DNA of 64,000 bases from Dipteris shenzhenensis (Eukaryota). The stretch lies in assembly GCA_047967505.1 (NCBI GenBank), contig CM106538.1; one strand, written 5' to 3'. The position numbers were made by a program, and so were the translations under genes. The notes under the pieces were generated by a model. It did no database searches, had not been told where the DNA came from, and was given only the letters and a program-made list of their open reading frames with translations. Of this stretch, positions 25,600 through 38,629 are shown piece by piece (the first letter of the stretch is position 1; the number at the start of each line of letters is the position of its first letter).

Positions 25600-26610
25600 T
25601 CAGGCATCTCCATATTACTCTTTGCAAAAAAGCTGTCAACAGCAGATCTCCATGGCAATGAGAATGACCTAATTTATAGATTCTAGGATGTTCGGTGAAG
25701 CAGGAAACCTCTCTAATGAGTTCTTGAAGCTATGCCAAGCTCTAACAATAGCAGGCATAAGGGGTGGAGGTGGCATCTCGATGTTTGCAAAAGAAAAGAT
25801 CCACCTAGTGCTGTCCATCCAATTACTGCCTGAAGAGGGAGGCGAAGACCCAATGCAAGAGATCTTTCCAAAGCTCTTGACCCAGCATAAGTCCCTTGAC
25901 CTTAATCTTGCAAAGCAAAGATCAATAATATTTAGCCCTCTCTCCTAGGTCGGAAGAATCAAGGTCTCCCAAGCCACTTTGGCTCTCATATTCTATCAAG
26001 TCCACTCCAAATGAAGTTTTGAAAAGTCTCTTAAGCTGTGAAATGCAGTCCCTAGGGTGGCACCAACATAAGCAAACAAAACAGAAGTGGCCGGCAATAC
26101 CGGTTGAACAATGACCACTCTGGAGGTGAGATCCAAACCAGCTCAACTCCAAAAAAAGGAGTTTCGCCCTGATACTCTCGATCATCAGAGCAAACTGTTG
26201 TGAGGAATAAATTCCTATGCCAACCTGATGACCCAAACATAACCTCTCTAGATCCAGATGAAGCAAGAACTAAACCTCAATCAAGAGAGTCCTCATCATT
26301 GATCCAAAAGGCATTGGATTTATGCCAATTAATATGTGCCCTTGGTACAAGACAATAAAAATCCAAAGCTGTCTTAAAAGCTGTAGGGGTTCGAGGAGAG
26401 GCGTCCAGGTAAACTGTTTGCATCATTTGCACGTTCACTATCTAGAGGTTCCTCATCTTGCTTGAGGAGTAGTCTCAAGCCAAGGATGTCTGTTTGAGAT
26501 CTAAGGAAGAGACTCATAACCTCTACCACAAACAAATATAAAAAGGGGGCAAGAGGGCATCCTTGACAGAATGATCTCGTCATGAAACCTCTCTCCTCTA
26601 GCACCTCTGA
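25600..26610 (-). mobile_element. Degenerate LINE RT fragment
   Basis: RSFCQGCPLAPFLYLFVVEVMS (QGCPLAP motif); INWHKS; CLGHQVG. Confidence 0.75.
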
Positions 26611-26642
26611 TAAGAATGTGAATGTGGGCTGATTTCTACAGA

Positions 26643-26800
26643 GAGGGACGCCTTTGATTCATGAATAAGAGAGACCAAAACGCAACAGCATACCCTCAAG
26701 AGTTAGAATAGGGAATGAAAAGGGCACACCTCTGATCCATGAATAAGAGAGACCAAAATACAACAGCATACCCTCCAAGTGTTAGAATAGAGAATGAAGA
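26643..26800. repeat. ~78-bp tandem duplication
   Basis: catgaataagagagaccaaaa..caacagcataccctc..gttagaatag..aatgaa occurs twice. Confidence 0.85.
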
Positions 26801-27825
26801 GGGAGAGAGCCAAACATGAGAGAGCTATGGAGAAGTTCTTCGGAGGAGGCTACAATAAGGGGATAATGCCAACGCGTCAAGTTGCATTTGCTATCGACCT
26901 TGTAATGATAGTGGGACGCCAGCACCCTAGTGCGCTAGACTGCATGGCTTATCACGGGCTGAAAGATGAGAACCGCCTATGGGCTCTAAGGCATTCGAGA
27001 GGCGGTAGATAGCTTCCATACCACAGCATGATCCTTGAAGGTGACAAGAAGATCATGATAAACCCTCTGCAGATGAATCGCCGACAGTAGTCAACCGCTC
27101 TGCATTACCAGAGAGTGCCTCCACGTCCCAGGGGAGTCATCGCTACAGGAAGCCGAGATAGACCAGCGCGTTTAATGTACGGTCTACGCAGTTAAATTTC
27201 TCTTTTTGTATTTTGTGTTTTCACAATTAAGAGATGGTTAAAAAAGAGAGGAAAGACTCGTAACATTTCTGCGAACCCGCTAGTAATACCATCGCAATAC
27301 TTGAAGCAAAGTAGCATGACAAGGTTAGAAGAAAGAATGTTTGAATCCATTGCCGAGAGAAAGACCAAACGATCTATTGTCTCAACGATCGACCTCTCGT
27401 GAACCTGCTCCGTCTAGGGGTTTCGCAATATACGTCTTCAGTTGTTTGTACGATTTCTAAAACTTGACACACCAGGGCCCAAAATATGCCAGATTTACGC
27501 AAGCGTGGAAAGATATAGTATTAATCTGCTCTTACGGCGCCAGTCCAATTCGCTGTTTAGCACCTTGTATTAACTTTTATTAGTGAAGTAGCTTACAACG
27601 AACTCTCGAAATCGTTATAACCTTTGCATGGTGATCGCAGAATTTACAGTGAAATTGATAAATTCCCAAAAAAGCACATGCGCTGGGAACTGTAAGCCGA
27701 GTGAACTCTCGTTGCAAATACTCGAAGGCAGATCAGTCCGCAAGGCTCAAACACGAGGTAGCATGAGCTATTATTGTGCCGTGATTATTGCGACGCAAAA
27801 CCAGAGGAATACGTAATAAACGTAC

Positions 27826-27980
27826 CAAGCTATGTTGCGGCTCCAAGGGGTGACTAACTGATCTTGCGTCGCAGAATCCTCGCCAAAAACATCGCGCATG
27901 CCGCCACCGGCTGTGTGGGAGGCATCCTTGTCTAAAACCGTTGGTCCTCCGTTTCTCAGATCTGTGAGTTGAGTCTCCAT
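27826..27980 (-). CDS. NADP-ME: NADP-dependent malic enzyme, coding exon 1 (no transit peptide seen; cytosolic-type N-terminus)
   Basis: METQLTDLRNGGPTVLDKDASHTAGGGMRDVFGEDSATQDQLVTPWSRNIA matches the NADP-ME N-terminal motif GGGVxDVYGEDxATEDQxVTPW. The exon ends GCT TG|GTACG (phase 2), which complements the 1-nt start of exon 2. In-frame stop upstream at 28058-28056. Confidence 0.9.
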
Positions 27981-30676
27981 CGATGGCACTCGACTGCGCT
28001 GATGACAACGATGAAGTGGGTGCACTCTCGACTGCTCGGAGAATTCCTGCGATTTTCAGGAGCTGTTTGAGGGAGTGGAGTGTATCAGTGAACGTGAGCA
28101 GCATCATCTCCAGCCCACCATGACGTGCATAATGATGCCCACTATGACATCATCACTGCCCCCCCCCTAGGGGGCGACTAAGAATGGATAAGAGCCGGTC
28201 CCCAGGCACCGCAAAACCAGCCCGAAATCTCCCAGGGCCTAACTCTTGCGTCCCGACTCCTGCGCAGACCTCTGGAGCCAAGAGGCTCTACTAATGTGCT
28301 AGCCAAGAGGCTTCGCTAAGGTGATTGGTTAGTCTAACATCGAGTGGCCTAGTAGTGGGCAAAAGTACTCAACTAGCTAAGTCAAACCAATCACATTTGA
28401 GCATTATTGGAGACTCCATGCTACCTAAGTCTACATGGGACTCTGTAGTAACCTCATAGAAACTACCCCATAAATAACAGCCCCCATGGTCAGCTCGTAG
28501 GCTCCATCCACTACCAACTGCAAGGTCACCACTACCACTTTCAAACGTGCCACCTTCTAAAGACCTTTGCACTGGCTCATAGGGGCCATGCATTTATTCA
28601 TGGTTCAAAAATGGAAAGAAACCCTCGGAGTGGGAGTTTCTGGGCGAAAGAGGAGCACCCCATGGACTGGATGATAAACTTCGGATGATGGGCTCCAAAA
28701 TCCACAGAGCAGGCTCTGACATCATCGTATGGTGACTCGAAATCAAACTAAATCTTCAAACGAGTGGTGGAAGCAGGTTCGTGGGGCTCTAAAAGGGTCC
28801 CTCTGTAACCTAGGTCAATCGGTGCTCTCTCACCGACGGGCCATTAGTGCTAGAGAGAAGGATTCCACTTCCCTCGTTGCTAAGGAGAGTGCTTCAATTA
28901 CGTCCACCCCCTCAAATCTCCACGGGAGGGTTTGGATCTTGGAAAGGAGGGGGTTGGTTAGCTAGTTCTTCCATGGCAACATGCCTCGAGTGTAGACCTG
29001 GCTCTAAATCTTATGGGATTGCTTAAATCCCTTGTGCATGGGGATCGGCTCTTATAGGGGCACCGCCTTCAATCCACTTTTTGGTTCTAGGTCCATGACA
29101 AATAGACACTTGGGGACTTGAACTTGCGATAGAACTCTGGAAGAACTGACTCTAAGGAGAATCTAATCATTTACACAAAGATGCACATGATTGTTCACCA
29201 TGACTCTACAATGATGGTTGTGATAAAACTCTTCTTTTTTACTTTAGAATAGAAAAGATGCTTGTGATGATGTTTAAAATGATGTCATCACCTCATATGC
29301 TCTACATTACATCGCAAAGTGCTCCCTATTCCAACATATTCCTATGGATATGTTAATGTTGCCTAGGTACAACATTGTAGAGTTTCAACTCAAGCGAAAC
29401 ACCATTAATTCTTCGAGCATATTCCTAGGTACAAGTTTCTCAAAAACATTCATCGTTGTAGAGTTTCAACTCAAGCCAACTTCTACTCTTTCTCATTCAT
29501 GATCACACTCCAATGCCCACTCCAAGAAACAATTATTATGAATTCATAAACATTTCCAACTTTTGTATATCCCTTAGGAGGAAGGAACTTGATTTTTTGC
29601 AGATGCTTTTCAAAGTCAACACATCGAGGTTTTTCGTTTATTGTATGAGAAAGACATTGGTCTATTTGTTAGATGACATCAATGCATAAGCATGCATTAT
29701 TGCAATCGAATCTTCCATAGTTTTAAAGGAGAATCAAACTAAATTATGACACTCAAGAGCCATTGGAAAGTCCTATCACCTCCAAAGGCCCTTTTGTAGT
29801 ACAAGGATGTGCAAGTTCCATTGCTTTATTTTCTATTCACCACTCAATGCTCTTTTGATTATGTGGCACATGGGATTATGTACTTCATTATAGGGTGGCA
29901 ATGGAAGGGAGATGGGATCATATAGTTTAAACATGCGATATCCTTGGTTATGGTCCTTTGATCCCACATGGATGTGAATGGAAATGAAGAAAGGAGAACC
30001 ACTTTGTTGAGAGCATTGTCACTAAACGTTGTCTCCTCTCTAGAAAGACATTTGTGGCACGCTTTCATTTTGCATTTTTTTTCCCACCAAGCAATATTAG
30101 TATCTTGGAAAATGGGCTCATCAAGTTAAAGACTAAAAAATATTCAAGGACAAAATTGTGGAAATGCAAGAATGCTTTAGACCTCACTCCCTTTCATCCT
30201 CACCGCATTGATCATTTTCCAGCTTTTAGATTCTAGGAGCATTCTATGTGTAGAGTATGTGGACTCCTATTTAAAATGGCAACCCCATTGAGTTTTTCAT
30301 ATTTTACTGGAATGATCATTTTAATAAGTCTATAACATGGATCCATGGATGTTTCATAATATTGCAAAGATGATGAGCTCAATTTCAAGTAACGAAATTG
30401 GAAAAATCAAATCATATGCAAAAATATGTTCCTTTTCTCTTTTCATTTGGATGTTCAACCCTCCTAATGGCTCTCACCTAATTCCTTAATTAATTTTCTC
30501 ATCTATACTTCCCATCTACCTATTCTAAAGACCCTTAATATCAACAAAATTACTCCATGCATGTAACTTAATCTAAGGAGGAAGATAATTGAAAAGGCCT
30601 TTATTTTTTCAATAATTGATTTCTTAGGTGAAAAGGTGGAGTATCCCAAGGTAAAAAAGATAGCTTCAAAACAATA

Positions 30677-30752
30677 CCTCATGCAAAGGGGGGACTTGAA
30701 CTCAAAGCCTTTAATAATTACTCACAAGTTCTGACCAATAGGCTACATGAAG
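30677..30752 (-). other. tRNA-derived sequence (SINE head or tRNA pseudogene)
   Basis: A-box-like TAGCCTATTGG and B-box-like GAGTTCAAGTCC; ends CTTCATG/CATGAGG can pair; no credible anticodon arm. Confidence 0.45.
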
Positions 30753-31241
30753 ATATTGTATAAGATGTACACTATAAGGGTTACAAATTCACATTTTCAT
30801 ATTTAAAAAGGGGAGGGGGCCATCTCCTCATAAATAGAGGGATGTTCTCATTACCCTCTCCTTTCCTTTCCACCTCTCCCCTCCTACCTTTTCCACTAAT
30901 TAAAACATTAACACTTATTTCATTAATTTTGGACTCAAATGTCTAGCTTTGGACTATCCTAAAAATCCTTCCCAAATGGAAAGTTTACTTTTTGAAATGA
31001 TCCCTTCCAAATCAAGAGTTTATTTTATGGCAATATCCTTTCCACATAAAAAATTTATTTACTCACATAATCCTTTGCACTAAAAATGGAAAAAAGATGA
31101 AATTTTGTAAGTTTTAGGAAACACTGAAAATGAAAATTGTAAAATTTAACGTAACATGTTATAGAGACTGAGACCTAACTTTTTCTTAACTTAGTAACAA
31201 TTTAAATTAATACAAATAATTTAAATACATATATACATATT

Positions 31242-31280
<39 letters not shown>

Positions 31281-31619
31281 ATGACCCATGCATGACATTA
31301 ATTTACCATAAGATCCTCTAAAATCTTCAAGATGTCATAACAGTTTTGACAAACACCTTTTGAGAGTTTCAAAACTCTAAAATCCGGAAGATATGGCATC
31401 GCAGGACTTTGCACATGCACGCATGGTACGAACATGCCTTTAGTTCATCGATGGAAGTCCATTGGTACATATAATAGGACGGGTGCGTGGCATATCGATG
31501 GAACGCCATTGGTACATATGGCAGGACGGGTACATTGCACTTGTCCATGTGGCACGGACATGCTTGTGGGGCTTTTAGTTCATCCGTGTCGGTGTGGGAT
31601 TCACGCTCTATGGCTATTG

Positions 31620-31710
31620 ACGGAGGGGAGTGAGGGGGAAAGGGAGAGAAAGGGAGGGGGAAAGGAAGGGGAAAGGGAAGGGAAGGGAAGGGAAGGGGAA
31701 GGGAAGGAAG

Positions 31711-31745
<35 letters not shown>

Positions 31746-32210
31746 GGGGGGGGGGAAGGAAGAGGAAAAGAAAGGGAGGGGAGAAGGAAAAGGAGGGAGA
31801 GGAGAAGGAAGAGGGAAAAGAAAGGGAGGGGAGGGGGGAGTGAAGGAAGGGAGAAGAGAAGGGAAGGGGAGGGTGAGGAAGGGGGAAGGGGAGGGGAGGG
31901 GGAGGAAGGGGTTTAGGGAGGAGGGGGTAAGGGGGAGGTGAGGAAGGAAGAGGGGACGGGATGGGGGGAAGGGGGGGGGGGGTTGAGAGAAGGGAGAAAG
32001 GGGGGGAGCGTGGACACGGCCATGAGAGAGGCGAGAGAAGGGGAAAGAGAGAGGGGGGAGGAGAGGGGAGGGGGGATGCAACTTGCACCGTGACCACACA
32101 CTCCCCTACCTCTCCCACTATATATCGTCGCGCGGCCGCGCGATTTTGTATTTTGGAAGGGAAGGGGGAGCAAAAAGAGGAAAAGGAAGGGAAGGAGAAG
32201 AAGAAGGAGA

Positions 32211-32274
<64 letters not shown>

Positions 32275-32540
32275 GGGATAGGGAGAAGAGAGAAGAAGAG
32301 AGAGGGAGAGGGGATAGGGAGAAGAGGAAAGAGAGAAGGAGAGGGGAGATGAAGAAGAGGGAAGAGAGAGGGAGATGGGAGGGGAGAGGGGAGAGGAAGG
32401 GGAGAGTGAAGGGAGGGAGAGGGAAGAGAGAGGGAGATGGGAGGGGAGAGGGGAGAGGAAGGGGAGAGTGAAGGGAGGGAGAGGGGAGAGGAAGGGGAGA
32501 GTGAAGGGAGGGAGAGGGAAGTAAAGAAGGAGGGGAAGGA
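31620..32540. repeat. ~0.9-kb G/A-rich low-complexity tract with (GA)n and poly-G
   Basis: Almost pure purine on the plus strand, interrupted only around 32005-32155. Confidence 0.95.
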
Positions 32541-32763
32541 GAATAGCCTCCTTTGGGTTATAGGAGCTCAATATATAAGCCACTAAACCCTAAAATTTTC
32601 AAATTTCCCTCTCTTTTCCCTCTCCCTCCCTAGAATTCAATATTTTCCCTCTCCCTCCTCTCCCTTTCCTTTCCTAGAATTCAAACTTCCCTTCCCTTCC
32701 ATAGAATTCAAACTTCCCGCTCCCTTCCCCTCTCCCCTTCCCTCCCCCCCCCCCCCCTTTCCT

Positions 32764-34600
32764 CGTGAGTGCACAATAGAAATGTACGGGAAGGGAGAGA
32801 AGGAGCAAAACATGAGCCAATAGTTTTGGTGGGTGCAGAACACCCTAGTCTTCTATGTCATTCACATATATATGTGTTTGAGTATTGTACATAACTAAGA
32901 TTAAGGCACAGTGGCCTTTAATCCCCACAACCTCCCACTTAAAGGCCAATGTGTTTGTAAGTGAGAACAACCAGTGAACTTACTATCCAATGCCCATCAA
33001 TACATTGCAATACTCAAACTGCTGGCTAGGTAGACTCTCTTCGTCAGCATATCTGCATGGTTATCATCTGTATGAACCTTGAAAAGCTCTATGCACTTGT
33101 CCTTAAGTATCTTCCTGATGAAATGGTGTCTGACCTCAATGTGTTTGGTCTTTGCATGAAAGACCGCATTCCATGCTAGTTGAATAGCACTCATGGAATC
33201 AATATGCAATGTCGGTACACCTGAATGGATTCCCAAATCTCCCACTAGCCAATCAAGCCATATAGCCTCCTTGTAACCCTCTGTAGATGCAACATACTCG
33301 GCCTCTGTGGTAGACAAAGCAACACACTTCTATGCACGAGACATCTATGACACTGCACCACCTACAAAGGTGAACACATAACCAGAAGTGGATCTCCTGC
33401 TATCCATATGCCCTACATAGTCTGAATCTATGTACCCAAGTACAAGTATCTCTCCTATGCCAAAGTAGATGCAAATCTCCTTGGTACCCTTCATCTACCT
33501 CATGATGCACTTAGTTGCCTCCCAATGCCTCTTTCGTAGAGTATCCATATACCGGTTAACAACTCCCACTACAAATGCAATGTCCATCTTGGTAGCTATC
33601 ATAGCATACATAAGACTCCCAACCGTTGATGCATAAGGAACCTTGGCCATCATGGCCCTCCCCTCATCTGATTTGGGACTATCTGCTTGATTCAGTTTCA
33701 CATATGAAGGCAATGGAGTACTTACTGCCTTCCCCCCCTCCATATTGAAATGCTACAACACTTTTGTAACATACTCCTTCTGTGAACACCAAAGAAGTGT
33801 CCTACGCCGGTCATGCATGATGCACATACCAAGTATATGACCTGTAGGTCCCAAATCCTTCATGTTTAAGGCCTCATGCAACTTGGCCTTCAATGCATCT
33901 GGCTCATAAGTGTTCTTGCTAGCCAATAGCATATCATCCACATAAAGTGCAAGAGTATCAAGGTATTATCCTTTGCCCTTTTAGTGTAGAGTTAGTGATC
34001 AGTATCACTCCTTCTAAAACCCTGGGACCGAATGAAAGCATCAAACATTTGATACCATTCTCTAGGTGCTTGCTTAAGGCCATAGAGACTTTTTTTTAGC
34101 TTGCAAACCAAATGCGCTTTGCCCTTTTCTTCAAAGCCTTTCAGTTGTACCACGTATGTTTCCTCATGCAGATCCCCATGCAAGAAAGTTGTCTTGACAT
34201 CCATCTGCATAAGCTCCATATCCTCTGCTGCCACAAGTCTAAGTACGCATTTAAGTGTGGTCATCTTCACAACCAGAGAGAAGATTTCATCAAATTCTAC
34301 ACCCTTCTCTTGCTTGAATCCTTTAGCAATCAAACATGCATTATACTTAGGCACATCATCACCTGTGACCTTCATCTTGTAGACCCATTTACATGGCAAG
34401 CTTTCTTTCCATGTGGCAAAGAAACCAAGTCCCAAGTCTTAATTTTCATGAGTGAATTCATATCTGATTGCATAGCATACTCCCACTTGCACTAATCCTC
34501 GCGCATCATAGCCTCCCTATAGCAAGAAGGCTCCCCACAATCAGTAAGCATCACATAGTCTTGTCCTTGGAACAAATCTCTCTGGTGGTCTAGACAATCT
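32764..34600 (-). mobile_element. Truncated Copia (RT, RNase H, 3' LTR 32764-32929); same family as 61126-64000
   Basis: [58 protein letters not shown] aagtgggaggt. Confidence 0.92.
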
Positions 34601-35210
34601 AAGGACAATGCAACGCAGTGACTAGATAACACAATGACATACAGATTATTGCTTTAAGGCTAACTCAACAACTCGCTACTCTAAGGCCAAACAAAAACTG
34701 GTTGTATTAGCCTGGTAGGACCAAGACATGTGCCTGAGGTTTGGTAGAGTGTTAAAATTTGAACTTGAACCAGAGGTCAATGTTGCTAATAATATTCTAC
34801 TTGGCCCAACAAACACCTTAGTGTTGATTCCTTCTGAAATCTCAACTCTAAGTTCATACTTAATGCATGATCTCGGACACACAGACACCTCGAGCTCGGA
34901 GGATGCAATGAGCTTCAATGCAAAAGTGGGTGAAAACCCGATCTCAGAGCCTCCATGGCTCCTAAAAATGAATTTGGACACTGAAAAGCCCAAAATTAAT
35001 GAAATGTGTGTTGCCTCTATGAAGGCCATGTGCCTCTAACTTCCTTTGTCATGAAGCACCGCTCCCTTGTCATCTAGTGCCATGGCACTTGACTTCTTCA
35101 CCTGCCACTTGGTATGCATGGCCTTAGTGACCTTGACACGTGATGCATGTTTGCTCCTCATGATCCATCTTTGTTTTAATGGACTAAGCATGTGGTACAC
35201 GGACTTCACG

Positions 35211-35547
35211 AGAACATTCAAGCTACTCACTCCTTGCTTCTTCGGACCCATCTTTGTTTTGATGGATTAAGCATGTGGTACACTGAGTTCATAGAAAGAT
35301 TCAAGCTACTCCATTCATCTATGAGTCCTTCAATTGTTTTCCCCCCTACTTGAGCGCTCTCCTTGTCCTCCTCATCCTGACTTCATGGGAACATTCAAGC
35401 TACTCACTCTTTGCTCCTTATGACCCATCTTTGTTTTGATGGATTGGTACACTGAGTTCATAGAAAGATTCAAGCTACTCCCTTCATCTATGAGTCCTTC
35501 AATTGTTTTCCCCCCTACTTGAGAGCTCTCCTTGTCCTCCTCATCCT
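35211..35547. repeat. ~170-bp tandem duplication
   Basis: gaacattcaagctactcactc...cttgtcctcctcatcct at ~35211 and ~35388. Confidence 0.85.
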
Positions 35548-36739
35548 TCAGTCTATGAGGTAGCAAAAGTTGAAACCCCAAAATGTCCATTCTAAGGTTC
35601 AACTTATGCCCCACCATTGTTTTGATCCACATCATCATGGCTCTGATTATTAGCCCCATTTTGTGGAAGAATTTATTTGTGCTTCCTTGCCAGTGTGGGG
35701 TGGGAGGTTCATTGCATGCTCAAATTAAGTCAAAAATCTTCTAGGCCTTAGGCAATAGAGATATATCTCTTGTTGGATGAGCCAAAAGCCTAGAGTTTGG
35801 CCTTGTGGTCCTTGTCTTCTTGCTCGGTTGTTTCTTGGCCTCTTCCTCAAATTTCCTTCTTGTGACCTCATCTTGAGCTCCAACTAGGATTGTTGCTAGC
35901 TCTTTGGCAGCATGATTGTTGTTTGTGGGGTTGCTCCTTGACATGGGTGATAGGTAAGTGGTGGTCACCTTCTAGTTTGGGTCATCCACTATCTATCCTT
36001 AGCCACTTGGTAGATTTGATTGTTGGCTCTTGTCTCTTTTCCCTTCTTATCCGTTGGGGTCTTCATCGTAGCAACTTGGTTTTATTTGGTATTCTGCTCT
36101 TTGTTAGTAGCACCTCCTCAACTACCCTTCGCATCGGCCTTTAGGATTTTTTGAATCTTGCCCTCCTATTATTTTTCACTTGGTAGCTTTGTGAGAGGGG
36201 GCATTTTCTTGGATGATCCAAGAATTGTTGATGGCAATGGGTCCATTGCTCCTATGCCACCTTTTCCTTCATTGTGTCATCCATCCTCATGCCTACTTCA
36301 CGTATGATTGATCAGATAACATTGTTTTTTATGCCAACCCTTATAGCAAGCTTGAATAGTTGTAACTATCTTATTTAATTGCATTATCCTCCATGCAACT
36401 TGTACCTTCTTTCACATCAAAGTTTAGCATAGCCTCAATAGCTTCCTACTTGCATGCCAACAATGAGTCTAACTTTTGGCCCTTCATGACTTTATGCGGA
36501 TCTTCCATGACTTATATCTTTACAACAACTTTGGAGCTGTCGTGTGCTTCTTGTGTGGATGAGCTCTAGTGCTAGGACTCGTAGTTTTCTTTTTTGGCTT
36601 GATAGGTGATTGCTTGTACACATATGCATAGGGATAAGCATATGCTAGAGTGAGTGGAGTGCTTTTGTATTGTGAAGACATGGTAGTGGCAAATGTAAGC
36701 ATGTGGCGGGGTAGCAAACTAGGGAGCAATGGCGATAGA

Positions 36740-36889
36740 TCTATCTCTCTCTCTCTCTCGCACTCTATCTCTCTCTCTCTCTCTCTCTCGCTATCTCTCT
36801 CTCGTGCTGCCTCTCAGTTCTCTCTCGTTACACCTCTTTCCCCTTAGTCTCTCTCTCTCTGTCTCTCTGCCTCAACATTGCACTCTCTC

Positions 36890-36947
<58 letters not shown>

Positions 36948-37040
36948 TCCCTCTCTCTTTGTGTCTCTCTCTTTCTCTGTCTCTCTCTCTCTCTCTCTCA
37001 TTTTGTCTCTCTCTCTCTCTCTCTGTCCCTCTATCTTTCT
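36740..37040. repeat. Compound (CT)n microsatellite
   Basis: Direct inspection. Confidence 0.95.
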
Positions 37041-38020
37041 TCATCTCAATTAGGCTCATCACGTTCAAATGCCTGTGAAATTTTTGATACAATTGGAGAT
37101 GGGATTCATTAGATAGACGCCTCTGCTGGCGGATTTCATCTCCATGCCGAGAAGCAGTCATCCATTGTTGCTAAACTTGTGACTTTGCATATCTTTCACC
37201 CTGCGCAATGCAGTTTCTCTTGAGGGTCCGCTAATCTCTTGAGGGTTGAGAGCTCCATTGACAATATGCACATTTCGACTCCCAGAACTACTTAGGCTTG
37301 CAGTAACGAGGATCAACAACAAGCAACCTCCTACCATACCTCACAAGGATGTGTAGGAACCCTAGGACCCACCCCCTTTGGGAGTACGTCCCTTCACATC
37401 CATACTGGTTGCACCGATGAATGTAGGCCTTGGCACATTTGTTCCTATGCCGGTACTAGCAACTACTTGGATACCACCACCTGGGCCAGGCTTAAGGCCA
37501 GCCTTGTGCCCCATCAAGCCCACAGTAACACCACCTCCGCTAGCCGCTCAAATGGTGTAAACTGATGAGGCAATGCGTATCTTGGTGAATGCCCTAGGAA
37601 GGGGGGCCACACCACATCCACCCGCCCGAGTGTTTCCTGCAGGGATTGCAAATCCCTCGAGGAGCCAACCCATAGCCATCTCCAAGCTAATGACCAAATT
37701 CCTTGGAGAAGGAGACGACGAGATGGAAGAATGAGTAAGGATGAGGATAAGTGAATGGTAATGAGAGCAGACTCCAAGGTGAGATGGAAGAAGAGTTTGA
37801 GAGTAAGGTTGCGGGTGAGATGGAAGAAGGAGTAAAGCTGAGGATAGGAGAATGGTAATCAGAGAAAAACTTCGAGGCGAGATAGATGATGAACGACAAG
37901 AGAGGAATTTAAGGGAGTGCAGACTCATAATGTGAGATGAAAGATTTAGATAAAGTTATTAAAGTGAAATATTACGAATAAAATGAGTTGAAGATTTGAA
38001 ATAAAATAAGAGGCTGAGAT

Positions 38021-38369
38021 GTCACTATGATGACAGGAACGCTCTACTAGATTGTGTGAAGTAACAGATGCAAGACCATAATGTGAGACATGTGAGATGA
38101 TAGATTTTGAATACATTGAAATCTATAAAATAAAGTGATCGAATACAAGAAGGATATAATTATTAGATTCTTATCACGAGATATTTATTGTATATAATCA
38201 ATTAGACTTCGAATAAAGGGAAACAAATTAAATAAATTGAGAGAGGATGAGTTGTCAATGATGGTAGGAGAACACTCTACTAGATGGTGTGAGGTAACAA
38301 GTGCAAGACCATAATGTAAGATGACAGATTTTGAATAAAGTGAAATCTATGAAATAAAGTGATTGAATA
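38021..38369. repeat. Diverged ~120-bp direct repeat (spacing ~230 bp)
   Basis: ctctactagat.gtgtga.gtaaca..tgcaagaccataatgt...tgaaatctat.aaataaagtgat.gaata occurs twice. Confidence 0.75.
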
Positions 38370-38629
38370 TAATAAATTGGACTGAAATATGCTTTTATTT
38401 CCATCATCACACATTTAATATGTATCCATGATAAATGCCCCTTATGTATCCATGAGAAAATGCCCTTTATCTATTGACACATTTAATATAATCAACCAAA
38501 ATAACATTATGAGCCAATGAAAAAAAGCAACAAACACAAGATTTGCACTTGTACCATGTACATGCATCACTTGGCAATAAAGTTTTGTCTACTTTAGAAT
38601 AAACTTATCTACATGCTTCACAATGAAGT

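Larger units (their letters stand above)
819..27825 (-). other. NADP-ME intron 1, 27,007 bp, GT-AG, TE-filled
   Basis: GT at 27825-27824, AG at 820-819; splicing gives an uninterrupted ...[13 protein letters not shown]... Confidence 0.85.

Noticed and set aside
29130-30400. Possible decayed hAT-like transposase
   Set aside because: No diagnostic motif could be recovered by eye
31369-32583. 404-aa Pro/Ser/Leu-rich ORF and overlapping Gly/Glu/Arg ORFs
   Set aside because: Artefacts of the stop-free purine/pyrimidine tract
34600-36700. Possible gene on the minus strand
   Set aside because: Fragmentary frames with no recognisable domain; probably TE-internal
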